This document shows positions 51,155-61,277 of a stretch of DNA of 64,000 bases, piece by piece. The position numbers were made by a program, and so were the translations under genes. The notes under the pieces were generated by a model. It was not told the DNA's origin, did no database searches, and saw only the letters and a program-made list of their open reading frames with translations. The stretch is from Obrimoposthia wandeli (taxonomy: Eukaryota), in assembly GCA_977020255.1 (NCBI GenBank), contig CDROCS010001089.1:558001-622000 (forward strand). Reading direction: 5' to 3'. Within the stretch, counting starts at the first letter, position 1, and each line of letters begins with the position of its first letter.

Positions 51155-51874
51155 CTAAACTTCAGCAACCGCAATAACAGCCTCTTCAGCTTGCGCTTGG
51201 CTTAACCATAATTGATAAGCGGGTAGCTGTAACATGGTTTGCATGTAGCTCTTAACGATGTCAGGTACATCAATAGCATAAATATGAAATCTAGCGACGA
51301 TAGGCATATAAAATGCATCGGCAATAGAAAACTCGGTAAATAAGAAGCTATGAACATTACTGCTTTGTACTGTGTTTGCCTCTAAGTTGTCTTTTAAGCA
51401 CCGCTCAAAAATTTCACAGACACGCGCAATATCCTGTATCGCTTGCGCTGATAGTGTTATAGGCGCAACCGCGCGGCGACAATTCATGGGCATTTCATTT
51501 CTAATCGCATTAAACCCTGAGTGCATCTCTGCGCAAATTGAACGGGCAATAGCACGCTTAGCTTGATCGGCAGGCCAAGCTTTACCTGCTAAGTGTTGTT
51601 CATTAATATGCTCGCAGATGGCTAGTGAATCCCATATTGTTATGTCTTGATCAATTAACACTGGCACTTTATGGCTAGGGCTAAAGCGCTGCATGTCGTT
51701 ATTCATTTGCGCTGAATATAACCAAATTTGCTGTTCTTGAAAGGCTAAACCAAAATGTTCCATTAATAGCCAAGGCCTTAAAGACCAAGATGAGTAGTTT
51801 TTATTACCGATAACTAATTGCACGTTAAACTCCTGTTGCGACGTTGTGTGTTGATACACGGTTTGCATATGCAT
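51155..51874 (-). CDS. Glutathione S-transferase family protein
   Basis: IGNKNYSSWSLRPW, SPSHKVPVL, WDSLAICE, CAEMHSGF. Confidence 0.93.
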   Translation of the reverse strand: MHMQTVYQHTTSQQEFNVQLVIGNKNYSSWSLRPWLLMEHFGLAFQEQQIWLYSAQMNNDMQRFSPSHKVPVLIDQDITIWDSLAICEHINEQHLAGKAWPADQAKRAIARSICAEMHSGFNAIRNEMPMNCRRAVAPITLSAQAIQDIARVCEIFERCLKDNLEANTVQSSNVHSFLFTEFSIADAFYMPIVARFHIYAIDVPDIVKSYMQTMLQLPAYQLWLSQAQAEEAVIAVAEV

Positions 51875-52063
51875 GAATGTATTGAGATAAGACTAGAATG
51901 AAAGTGCGTGGGTTACCAACCAATGTTTTTTATGGCTAGTATTAATATTTTTGGTAGTAAATAGCTTTCAGTGTTTTGTGTGAGGTAATATCCTAGGCTT
52001 ATCAACGTTCAGTCGCTATCTGTTTCTGGATGGAAACTAACCAATAAAGGGCTAGCTGTTTTC

Positions 52064-52912
52064 ATGGATATTGAATTATTACGTACGTTTGTGGCAGTGG
52101 TGGATAATGGCAGTTTCACGCGTGCAGCAGGGCAAATTTATCGTAGCCAATCAGCCATAAGTATGCAGATTAAGCGCTTAGAAGAGCAACTTGAGCGCAA
52201 ACTGTTTTTGCGCAATGCTAGGGCATTAAAGCTCACTTTAGATGGTCGTGCACTCATTCCCTATGCCAGAAAACTACTCAAACTGCACGATGAGGCGATG
52301 GATAATATTTTAAATCGCAGCCAAGCCAAAAACATTCGTATTGGTTGCCCGGATGATTTCTCACACACATTACTACCTGATTTGATTCAAGTAATGCGCA
52401 GCAAAATTCCCAAGGTGCATATTTCCTCTATTTGCGCCAATTCTAATGTATTGCGCCAGCACTTAGACAATGGCGAATTAGATATGACCATCATTACCCG
52501 ACCAGAGAATAGTAATGAGGGCATATTGTTACGCCAAGAACAAGGCGTTTGGTTATGTAATGATCCAGCGTTATTGCAACAGCGCCCGCTGCCATTAGCG
52601 CTGTTAGAGCCTGGTTGTAAATTTCACAGTGCGGTTATCGATGGCTTAGAAAAAGCGGATATCAGTTATGATTTAATATGTGATGCCAGTAACTGTGGCT
52701 TGCTGATTGAACTTGTTAAGCGCAACTGCGCGGTCAGTGTAATGGCTGCACATGCCGCCCCTGATGATTTAACTAAACTTAACGTTGTTGAGGGATTGCC
52801 AACGCTACCTGTGGCTGAAATTGTTATTTGTTTAAAAGGCGGTAATCCGCTGATTGAGGGCATATCTATTGAAGAAATTGCCGGTGAGATGAAAGCGATG
52901 GCCAGTAGATAA
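52064..52912 (+). CDS. LysR family transcriptional regulator
   Basis: LLRTFVAVVDNGSFTRAAGQIYRSQSAISMQIKRLE; RIGCPDDF. Confidence 0.93.
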   Translation: MDIELLRTFVAVVDNGSFTRAAGQIYRSQSAISMQIKRLEEQLERKLFLRNARALKLTLDGRALIPYARKLLKLHDEAMDNILNRSQAKNIRIGCPDDFSHTLLPDLIQVMRSKIPKVHISSICANSNVLRQHLDNGELDMTIITRPENSNEGILLRQEQGVWLCNDPALLQQRPLPLALLEPGCKFHSAVIDGLEKADISYDLICDASNCGLLIELVKRNCAVSVMAAHAAPDDLTKLNVVEGLPTLPVAEIVICLKGGNPLIEGISIEEIAGEMKAMASR

Positions 52913-53164
52913 AATAAAAGCCATTATAAAACTGACTACAGCCAAATCTTTCGTGACATTTGTGCGTATAATAGCGCTGCATTGTTCGCTTCTGGCGATT
53001 ACGCATTCTCTCTTCTTTACAGTTTAGTTCTACATTACGCTAACTATTGTATTTTATCTTATGGCAAGCTCTGCTTATATCAAACTCGGTTTTGAGTAAG
53101 CACAATGTTCAACTTAAAATGCTGTTAACCATCATATGTTATGAAAAGCTAATCAAGGATATTA

Positions 53165-54592
53165 ATGTCTGTCGATAAACCATCGCTAGCAATGGATGAT
53201 GAGGAACAAGAAGCAAACTGGATAGCGCTATTGAGCCTCTGCTTAGCGGCTTTTATCATACCTTTGGCGATGTCTGCTGTTAACTTAGCGCTGCCACAGA
53301 TAGCGCTCGAGTTGCAGGCAGATGCTGTACGCTTAAGCTGGCTTGCGAGCTTACCTCTATGGGGTAGTGTAATTTTTATGTTACCCATTGCACGCGCTGC
53401 CGATATCTGGGGACGCAAGCGTTTGCACTTAATAGGCTTAACGCTTTTTTCAGTGACATCTGTGGCAGTGGTTGCAGTGGATCAGGTGAATCAATTACTG
53501 GCATTACGGGTAATTCAAGGTATTGCCAGCTCGTTTATTTTTGCCACATCACTTGCGATGGTAACCACTTTAGCAGGGCGAAAACACCGCGGTACTTTTT
53601 TAGGAATAGTATCCACTTGTGTCTATTTGGGGTTAACACTTGGGCCAGTGGTTGGTGGGTGGTTAACGCAATGGTTTGGCTGGCGCAGCGTATTTTGGCT
53701 ACCGGTATTTGTGGTGATATTTGCGATTGTACTGATTGCTTGGTTCGTTGAGGAATCAGCAAAAGGTAGCTTGAGTGAAGCGTTAACTTGGTACCAGCGT
53801 GTTGATTTAAAAGGAGGAGCTTGGTTCGCTTTAGCAACTAGTTGCATTTTTTTTGGTTTGGCAGGGTTGCCACAGTGGGATTATATCGGGTTGTTTTTAC
53901 TCGGCTGCTTGGCAGGTTGGGGTTTCTTACGACAACAGAGAACAGCAGCACATCCTTTAGTACGTATTGATTTATTAATGCAAAATCGCACTTTTATTCG
54001 CTCTCTTGCGGCCAGTTTTTGCATGTATAGTGCCAGTTTTCCGATTTTGTTTATCATGAGTGTCTATTTACAATATATTAAACAGATGACACCGGCACAA
54101 GCTGGGGAAATTATCTTGTTACAGGCGCTTTTCATGGCGCTAGTGGCGCCTTTTGCTGGGCGTTTATCAGATAAGTATGAGCCGCGTATTATAGCAACGC
54201 TTGGTGCCTTGTTCTTTGTCGTAGGGGCTTTAGTACTGGCGGGTATTGATGCGCAATCAAGCATAGTGCAAGTGCAGCTAGGGCTCATTGTGTTAGGTAT
54301 CGGTTTTGGCTTGTTTTCATCACCTAATAATAATGCGGCAATGAGTGCTATTGATCCAAATAAACTAGGTGTAGCGGCGGCGCTACTAAATTTAGGCCGC
54401 ACCGGTGGCAATATGTTTAGTACTGCAATCGTGGTGGTATTGTTTAATTATTTTTTGGGCTATAACACCATTAGCCCTGAGCAGTTCCCTAACTTATTTT
54501 TGATTATTAGAATCTGCACAACACTGTGTGCTGTTTACGCACTGTGCGGCGCTTATTTCTCTTGGACAAGGGGCAAAATAGGTCAGCGTTAG
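53165..54592 (+). CDS. MFS transporter (DHA2/EmrB-like)
   Basis: AVNLALPQI, ADIWGRKR, GRLSDKYEPR, FSSPNNNAAM. Confidence 0.9.
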   Translation: MSVDKPSLAMDDEEQEANWIALLSLCLAAFIIPLAMSAVNLALPQIALELQADAVRLSWLASLPLWGSVIFMLPIARAADIWGRKRLHLIGLTLFSVTSVAVVAVDQVNQLLALRVIQGIASSFIFATSLAMVTTLAGRKHRGTFLGIVSTCVYLGLTLGPVVGGWLTQWFGWRSVFWLPVFVVIFAIVLIAWFVEESAKGSLSEALTWYQRVDLKGGAWFALATSCIFFGLAGLPQWDYIGLFLLGCLAGWGFLRQQRTAAHPLVRIDLLMQNRTFIRSLAASFCMYSASFPILFIMSVYLQYIKQMTPAQAGEIILLQALFMALVAPFAGRLSDKYEPRIIATLGALFFVVGALVLAGIDAQSSIVQVQLGLIVLGIGFGLFSSPNNNAAMSAIDPNKLGVAAALLNLGRTGGNMFSTAIVVVLFNYFLGYNTISPEQFPNLFLIIRICTTLCAVYALCGAYFSWTRGKIGQR

Positions 54593-54615
54593 CTGCGTTT
54601 GACGCCAGGTAATAG

Positions 54616-55524
54616 TTATTTTTGAAAGGCCTTCATCCACTGCATTAGATGATTCAACAGTTGCTGCGCACCATTGGGCAGTTGCCGGCCCAATCTTGTG
54701 ACCATATGGGTTTCACCTGAGTTGAGGATATCATCTGCTAAAGGAAGTGCGACTAACTGCTGGTCGGCAATTTCACTGGTAATAACAAATTCAGGTAAAA
54801 AAGTAATCCCCATGTCAGTGCGTACAAACTGTTTCAACACCGCTATAGAGTTAGTGGTTAGGGCAGGGGTAAAATGCAAGCGCTGTTTAAACTCTGCCAG
54901 CGCTAATAGTTGGCGCACCCCAAAACTACTTTCTGACAAAGCGACAGGGTACTCTAGCAAAGTCTCCAACAATAATGGTTCAATACTATTGGCAAGTGGA
55001 TGATTAGGATTAACTACAGCACATATCGGCTGCTGGCTAATTACATGTGAGCGTATGTTTGGATGATTGGCAGGATGAAATAATAAACCTATATGCGCTT
55101 CATCAGTTTCAATTTGGCGGATCACTTCATTAGTGCCTGCCAGTGTGATGGATAATGTCAGTTTAGGAAATTGTTTGGTGAATTGTGAAAGCGGCCCGTG
55201 CATTAAATCGCTGACAAAACCTTCTCCTATCACCAGCTTAATATGCCCTAATTGCAAACCTTGTAAAGCCGATAGCTTGGCTATGCAGCTCTCTTCATGG
55301 CTTTTCGTTTCAAGGTAATAGTGCAGCACAATTTCGCCTGCTTGGGTAACGCCAATGCCAGTGCGGTGCCGCTCTATTAGCTTACAAGAAAGTTCTTCTT
55401 CTAATAGTGCGATATGGCGACTAATAGCCGAGGGAGCTACATTTAATTTATCTGCAGCTCCTCTGATAGAGCCCGCTGTTATGGCCTCGTAAAGATAAGC
55501 GACTCTCTTTTCTTTAATCGACAC
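54616..55524 (-). CDS. LysR family transcriptional regulator
   Basis: GSIRGAADKLNVAPSAISRHIALLEEEL. Confidence 0.92.
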   Translation of the reverse strand: MSIKEKRVAYLYEAITAGSIRGAADKLNVAPSAISRHIALLEEELSCKLIERHRTGIGVTQAGEIVLHYYLETKSHEESCIAKLSALQGLQLGHIKLVIGEGFVSDLMHGPLSQFTKQFPKLTLSITLAGTNEVIRQIETDEAHIGLLFHPANHPNIRSHVISQQPICAVVNPNHPLANSIEPLLLETLLEYPVALSESSFGVRQLLALAEFKQRLHFTPALTTNSIAVLKQFVRTDMGITFLPEFVITSEIADQQLVALPLADDILNSGETHMVTRLGRQLPNGAQQLLNHLMQWMKAFQK

Positions 55525-55560
55525 TGCTGGCTATCCTTAAGCGGTATACAGTCAAGAACA

Positions 55561-56727
55561 CTAGACGAGATGCTGCTGCGCCAAAGCCACCCAGTAACTA
55601 GCGCCTAAGGCGAGTACTTCGTCATTAAAATCATAGTGCGGGTTATGCAGCCCTTTGCCGCCTTCCATAGTACCGTTACCTATCCAAATATAAGCGCCGG
55701 GTTTTTCTAATAACATAAAGGCAAAATCTTCAGAACCCATACTCGGTGCTTGATCTAGCAAGACATTTTCAGCGCCTACTAAGGCCGCTGTCACGTCACT
55801 GCATATTTGAGAATGTTCCGGGTGGTTTTCAGTGCAAGGCGCGACACGGCGATAATCAAGCTCACCTTTAGCGCCAAAAGCTTCACAAGTACTAGTGATG
55901 CGCTGGCGCATTAGTGCTTCTATCTGATCTTGATGCTCGATAGAAAAAGCACGGCAAGTGCCTGATAAAGTGACGGAATCAGGAATGACGTTATACGCTT
56001 CACCGCCGTGCATTTGGGTGATGCTGACGACAGCTGAATTGAGAGGGTCAAAATTTCTGCTGACAATGCTTTGCAGCGCGCCAATTAATTGCCCTGCTAC
56101 CATAATTGGGTCCGTCCCTAAGTGGGGCATGCCCGCGTGGCAACCTTGGCCACTAATTGTAATATCAAACAAATCCATCGAGGCCATCACCGCGCCTTTG
56201 TGCACGGCAAATTTGCCTTGCTCGATCCCCGGCCAGTTATGCATGCCATAAACGGCATCGACATTAAACTGTTCAAACAAGCCTTCATCGCACATCATTT
56301 TAGCGCCGGCTTCACCCTCTTCAGCAGGTTGAAAAATAAACACAACAGTACCGGCAAAGTCTCTGTTTTCAGAAAGGTGTTTAGCCGCGCCTAATAGCAT
56401 TGCAGTATGACCATCGTGGCCACAGGCATGCATTTTGCCATCGTGGCGTGAGCAATGTTCAAAATGATTTAGTTCTTGTAAGTTAAGCGCATCGATATCT
56501 GCACGCAAACCAATTGAACGATCGCCAGGCTTATTGCCTTTTAACGTAGCCACTACCCCCGTCACAGCTAATCCGGTATGCACTTCTAAATCAAAACTTT
56601 GCAACAACTGTGCAACTATTCCAGCAGTGCGGTGTTCTTCATAGGCCGTTTCTGGATGTGCGTGAATATCTTGGCGCCAGGTGCGCATCTGCTGATGTAG
56701 TTCGCTGTCTTTGGCTATCGATCCCAT
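55561..56727 (-). CDS. M20D amidohydrolase (hippurate hydrolase-like)
   Basis: LRADIDAL, MHACGHDGH, FQPAEEG, GMHNWP, SEDF, LHNPHYDFND. Confidence 0.93.
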   Translation of the reverse strand: MGSIAKDSELHQQMRTWRQDIHAHPETAYEEHRTAGIVAQLLQSFDLEVHTGLAVTGVVATLKGNKPGDRSIGLRADIDALNLQELNHFEHCSRHDGKMHACGHDGHTAMLLGAAKHLSENRDFAGTVVFIFQPAEEGEAGAKMMCDEGLFEQFNVDAVYGMHNWPGIEQGKFAVHKGAVMASMDLFDITISGQGCHAGMPHLGTDPIMVAGQLIGALQSIVSRNFDPLNSAVVSITQMHGGEAYNVIPDSVTLSGTCRAFSIEHQDQIEALMRQRITSTCEAFGAKGELDYRRVAPCTENHPEHSQICSDVTAALVGAENVLLDQAPSMGSEDFAFMLLEKPGAYIWIGNGTMEGGKGLHNPHYDFNDEVLALGASYWVALAQQHLV

Positions 56728-56801
56728 TGTGGTTCCTCTTTATTTTTATAGATGGTTCATCAATAACTTATCAATAGTTTTTAGATAACGTATGAATAAT
56801 G

Positions 56802-57692
56802 TTATGGATATATTTCAATTATTGTATTGCCCGCATAACTTGCACTAATGCGTAATCCGCCTTCATCGGTAAGAGTATAAGCCACTTGATTGTCATCTAA
56901 GTGTGCTTTTGCTTGAGCGATTGAGTGTGTCGTTACACGAATGGCAATGCCACTAGGTTGCTGTTGTGCAGTGCAAGGGATTTCAACGCCTGCAAAACGC
57001 ACTTTAGCGCGCGCGCGGCTGAGCAATTCAAAATCGCCTCTATCTGTTTTAGCAACCAAAAGCCCTTCTTCGACACTAATCGCCTCTTCACCGTAGATAC
57101 CTGCAAAGCGTTCGTAAAAATCTGCTGGGTTTTCAGCGATATAACTTACCATGGTAATCGCATTAGCGCCATTAGCATGCGTCATCCAATCTTTAACCCA
57201 CACTAAATCAGGCTTGTGTTGGTGGCAAAAGAAGTTTGAAATTGCCGGCTGCTGTGAGTTTATAAGCATCACGAGTGAAACAACGGCTTCCTCTTCAGAA
57301 CCATCAGGGCGGTGGGCAACGCGGCGAAAATCGACGATGCCTTGGTTTTCTACCCCGCTTTGCTCTAACATTCGATGATCTGCTCTGGCATCTTCGCTAT
57401 GCAGCGCAACCAGTGATATTCCATCTTTGCGTTCTATTGAGTTTTGAATGAAGCGGCCAAAAGCGAACCCTTTTTCATTGGTCATATCTAATTTGCTGTG
57501 ATCGTAAACGCTGATCAGCTCGATAAAGTTTTCTGGGAACATTAATAAATGATTATCAGTGCCCCAAGGATGACGGTGTCTGGGGTTGATAAAAAAACCT
57601 AAACGCGCAAAATCCGCAGCAGCCTTGTCCATATCGGCAATTGCTACTAGAGGATGATCTATACCTAAATGATTTTTCTGGTTAGTCGTCAT
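56802..57692 (-). CDS. VOC family protein (glyoxalase-like domain)
   Basis: GIDHPLVAIADM, HPWGTDNHL, FIELI, FFCHQH. Confidence 0.82.
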   Translation of the reverse strand: MTTNQKNHLGIDHPLVAIADMDKAAADFARLGFFINPRHRHPWGTDNHLLMFPENFIELISVYDHSKLDMTNEKGFAFGRFIQNSIERKDGISLVALHSEDARADHRMLEQSGVENQGIVDFRRVAHRPDGSEEEAVVSLVMLINSQQPAISNFFCHQHKPDLVWVKDWMTHANGANAITMVSYIAENPADFYERFAGIYGEEAISVEEGLLVAKTDRGDFELLSRARAKVRFAGVEIPCTAQQQPSGIAIRVTTHSIAQAKAHLDDNQVAYTLTDEGGLRISASYAGNTIIEIYP

Positions 57693-57883
57693 ATTACCTA
57701 CCTTCTTATTGTTGTTAATTAGTTAGTGCCCAGCTTGAAACCGGGTCGTCGCGAGAGCGTTTCAATGATTCAAGATACGTACTACTAGATATGGGCGTTT
57801 GGTTATTCCAAATAACTAGATCTTGTAGTGAGTAAATTGAGTTAGTGAGGCGTTCGCAGTAGGCATCTGTTCTTGGATGGGCA

Positions 57884-58693
57884 CTAGTTAGTTAATTTAC
57901 TGTTCTTGAGCTTTGCAGTAGCTCCCAATACGGTTGAGTTTTCAGCAACATCTTTAACAACCACTGCACCACCTGCTACTTTGGCGTTTTTACCAATCTC
58001 GATATTGCCGAAAATCACAGCACCAGATCCAATAAAGGCACCTCGCCTTACTTTTGGATGGCGATCGCCACTGCCTTTGCCGGTACCACCTAATGTAACA
58101 CTTTGAAAAATAGTCACATCATCTTCCACCACAGCGGTTTCGCCAATAACAACCGCCACTGAATGATCTAAAAAAATGCCACTGCCGATACGTGCCGCTG
58201 GATGGATATCAACACCGAACAAGGTCACTGTTTTAGCCTGTATAAAGCTGGCCATTGCACGTTGCTCATGATGCCAGCAATAGTGAGCAAAACGATGGCA
58301 TTGTAGTGCTTGGTAACCTGCAAAAAACAGCAATGGAGAATAGTGATCTTTGATACTGGCATTGGCGCGCAATTGACACAAAAGATCCGCTAATGCAGCT
58401 CCTTTGATAGATGTTTGCAGTTCTTTTTCTGTGCATTGTTCAAACTTTTGATGCGTCACTTGTGAACAAATTATTGAGTAAAAATACGCTTGCCACTGAG
58501 TGACGGCGCTTTGCTCATCGGCCAATTTCTCGGCTAAAATGTGACACAAAGCCGCCTCAAAATTAGCATGATCTAAAATATTACGCTGCAAAAAATGGCC
58601 TAGTAAAGGGCTTTTTTTAACTTCTTGCTGAATCTCTTGCAAGATAGTTGGCCATAAATTAACAACATCTATTGCTCTTACATAATCAGACAT
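57884..58693 (-). CDS. Serine O-acetyltransferase-like hexapeptide-repeat acetyltransferase
   Basis: GVDIHPAARIG, FLDHS, QSVTLGGTG, DRHPK; lacks the long CysE C-terminal tail. Confidence 0.82.
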   Translation of the reverse strand: MSDYVRAIDVVNLWPTILQEIQQEVKKSPLLGHFLQRNILDHANFEAALCHILAEKLADEQSAVTQWQAYFYSIICSQVTHQKFEQCTEKELQTSIKGAALADLLCQLRANASIKDHYSPLLFFAGYQALQCHRFAHYCWHHEQRAMASFIQAKTVTLFGVDIHPAARIGSGIFLDHSVAVVIGETAVVEDDVTIFQSVTLGGTGKGSGDRHPKVRRGAFIGSGAVIFGNIEIGKNAKVAGGAVVVKDVAENSTVLGATAKLKNSKLTN

Positions 58694-58715
58694 ATCTCAT
58701 AACCCTCAGCTGGCT

Positions 58716-60266
58716 CTAGCCAACACTATATCCAAACTGAACTGGCGCATCTTGCGCCGTTTCAATCCACACACTTTTAGTTTGGGTATATTCAAGCAAT
58801 CCTTCATAACCGCTGGAGCGACCATAACCACTTTCACCGAAGCCGCCAAAAGGGGACATTACGTTGATTGCCTTATAACTATTCACCCAAAAAGTACCGG
58901 CATTGACTTGCGCCGCCATACGATGGGCACGGCCCACATCGGCTGTCCATACTGCGCCTGCTAAGCCAAAACGGCTGTCATTGGCAATTTCAATGGCTTG
59001 TTCTTCATCATCAAAAGGGATAACAGATACCACAGGTCCAAAAATTTCTTCTTGGGCGACGCTCATGCTATTAACAACGTCAGCGATGACGGTCGGCTTA
59101 TAAAAATAACCGCCTTCACCGCCAGCGACATTACCAACACTCCCGCCCGCTGCGATTGTCGCGCCTTGTGCAACGCCTTGTGCGACTAATGCTTTGATAT
59201 GGTTGAACTGATTAATATTATTAACAGGCCCGACCATGGTGTCTTCTAACCAAGGCAGATTCGGAGCTATTTTATGAGTGGCACAAGCGAGCCTTTCTAC
59301 GACTTGCGCGTAAACCTTTTTGTGCACCAGTAATCTTGAGCCTGAAACGCAGCTTTGCCCAGCTGCTGCAAAAATAGCGGCTTGTGCGCCGACCACTGCA
59401 CGATCTAAATCTGCATCATCAAACACTATATTCGCTGACTTGCCACCGAGCTCTAATACACAGGGAATGACGCGCTTAGCAGCAGCACCTGCAATCAAAC
59501 TACCCGTTTTTGGGGAGCCGACAAAAACCACTTTTTTACAGGCTTTATTGTTGATAGCAGCGGTGCCAGTAGTATGGCCATATCCGTTAATAATATTCAC
59601 TAGCCCTTTAGGGATGCCAGCATCCTCTAACAGTTTAGCGAGCGCGGTAGTACTTAAAGGCGTTAATTCAGAGGGCTTTAAAAGGACCGCGTTACCTGCG
59701 CAAATAGCTGGCGCGATTTGCCAGCCGCCGGTAAAAATAGGCGCATTCCAAGGGGTTATTTGCACCACAACACCGAAAGGTTCATGGCGTGTATAGTTTA
59801 AATGGCTAGTAGGTACAGGAATAACTTGGCCAGTCATTTTATCGCACCAGCCTGCATAGTATTCAAACATCTCTGCTACTTTAGCCACTTCTACTCGACA
59901 ATCTCGTAGCGGCTTGCCCGCAGAGATAGATTCAAGCTTGGCTAGCGCTTCGGCGGCTTCTCGTATTTTAATACCGCAATTGTACATAGCGCGGCCGCGT
60001 GCTGTCGCACTCATTGCCCACCACTGGCGCTGTGCAATAACAGCTGCTTGTGCTGCATCTTCTACATTGCTAACGCCGCAATCTCGATATTGCATGAATA
60101 CTTTACCGGTGGCTGCGTTCACTAAATCAATGTTGTCACCGTTACCTAGTATAAGCTCACCATTAATCCAACTACCGAATTGATCAGTGCCCCCTTCACT
60201 GCCCAAAAGTGAAGTTAATAATGCGGCGACTTGGCTTTCACCATTATTTTCTACTATAAATGTCAT
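58716..60266 (-). CDS. Aldehyde dehydrogenase
   Basis: ITPWNAP, KPSELTP, FVGS, LELGGKS, GQSCVSG, EEIFGPV. Confidence 0.96.
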   Translation of the reverse strand: MTFIVENNGESQVAALLTSLLGSEGGTDQFGSWINGELILGNGDNIDLVNAATGKVFMQYRDCGVSNVEDAAQAAVIAQRQWWAMSATARGRAMYNCGIKIREAAEALAKLESISAGKPLRDCRVEVAKVAEMFEYYAGWCDKMTGQVIPVPTSHLNYTRHEPFGVVVQITPWNAPIFTGGWQIAPAICAGNAVLLKPSELTPLSTTALAKLLEDAGIPKGLVNIINGYGHTTGTAAINNKACKKVVFVGSPKTGSLIAGAAAKRVIPCVLELGGKSANIVFDDADLDRAVVGAQAAIFAAAGQSCVSGSRLLVHKKVYAQVVERLACATHKIAPNLPWLEDTMVGPVNNINQFNHIKALVAQGVAQGATIAAGGSVGNVAGGEGGYFYKPTVIADVVNSMSVAQEEIFGPVVSVIPFDDEEQAIEIANDSRFGLAGAVWTADVGRAHRMAAQVNAGTFWVNSYKAINVMSPFGGFGESGYGRSSGYEGLLEYTQTKSVWIETAQDAPVQFGYSVG

Positions 60267-60311
60267 ATCAGTACTCTCTAAATCTGGGAACTCGGTTATT
60301 TAGCTTTCCAA

Positions 60312-60377
60312 CTTGTAGCTTGTAGCTTGTAGCTTGTAGCTTGTAGCTTGTAGCTTGTAGCTTGTAGCTTGTAGCTT
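60312..60377. repeat. Heptanucleotide tandem repeat (CTTGTAG)x9
   Basis: Nine perfect units 60312-60374 plus CTT, in the spacer between the dehydrogenase stop and the ALDH start. Confidence 0.98.
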
Positions 60378-61277
60378 TCAAAGATAACTCTTCACAATGC
60401 AATTAAAGTCATCTTCGCCAGCAATAGAGCCTTCACTAGCAGCCCATATAGCCGCTGTTTTTTTACTCATTGCAAGGTTGGTGTCCATATCCATATCGGT
60501 AATTAGCTGCTGCGCTAAGCGCACATCTTTGCGCATTAACGCCATGGTGAATCCTGAATCAAAGCCTTTATTTAAAATCCAACGCGGGAAATTAACCTCG
60601 CTAATTGCACTGCGCCCTGAGCCTGCATTTAATCCTTCAATTAATGCTGCGGGATCAAGGCCCGCTTTTTTGCCTAATGCTATCGCCTCAGCGGTTGTCA
60701 CTAAATGCGCAGCACACAGTAAGTTATTAATGAGCTTTGCCACGTGGCCATTGCCAGATTCACCTAAGTGCACTACTTTGCTACTCAAGGCGTTTAAAAA
60801 GGGCATTGCGCGTTCAAGTGCTGGTTTTTCACCACCGGCGACGATTACCATAGAGCCTGCTGCTGCCCCCGTAGGGCCTCCACTAACAGGGCAATCTAGC
60901 ATTTGATGTCCATGATCGTGCAAAATTTTAGCAAGCTCACGTGTCACATTTGGCTCTGAGGTAGTGGTATCTACAACTAAGGTGTTGGCGCTGGCGTGCT
61001 CTAATAAACCACCAGTACCGTTATCTGCACCTAACACTACTGCCTGTACGTGTTTAGCCATCGGTAGTGATAAAATAATATTTTGGCTTTGGCTACAAAG
61101 GGCTTGAATACTCTCAACGACTTCAACACCGATTGCTTTTGCCGATGCGCGTTGCTGCTCGCCTAAATCGGTACCCACCACACTAAACCCTTCACGAATA
61201 AGGGTTTGTGCCATTGCATTGCCCATATTACCAAGGCCGATAATGCCAATTTTATTACTCGCTGTATTTTGAGTCAT
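60378..61277 (-). CDS. NAD(P)-dependent beta-hydroxyacid dehydrogenase (3-hydroxyisobutyrate dehydrogenase family)
   Basis: IGLGNMG, LDCPVSGGP, GHVAKLINN, FTMALMRKD. Confidence 0.92.
   Translation of the reverse strand: MTQNTASNKIGIIGLGNMGNAMAQTLIREGFSVVGTDLGEQQRASAKAIGVEVVESIQALCSQSQNIILSLPMAKHVQAVVLGADNGTGGLLEHASANTLVVDTTTSEPNVTRELAKILHDHGHQMLDCPVSGGPTGAAAGSMVIVAGGEKPALERAMPFLNALSSKVVHLGESGNGHVAKLINNLLCAAHLVTTAEAIALGKKAGLDPAALIEGLNAGSGRSAISEVNFPRWILNKGFDSGFTMALMRKDVRLAQQLITDMDMDTNLAMSKKTAAIWAASEGSIAGEDDFNCIVKSYL

Noticed and set aside
60312-60377. Heptamer tract as CRISPR or coding repeat
   Set aside because: No spacers; intergenic simple sequence repeat.
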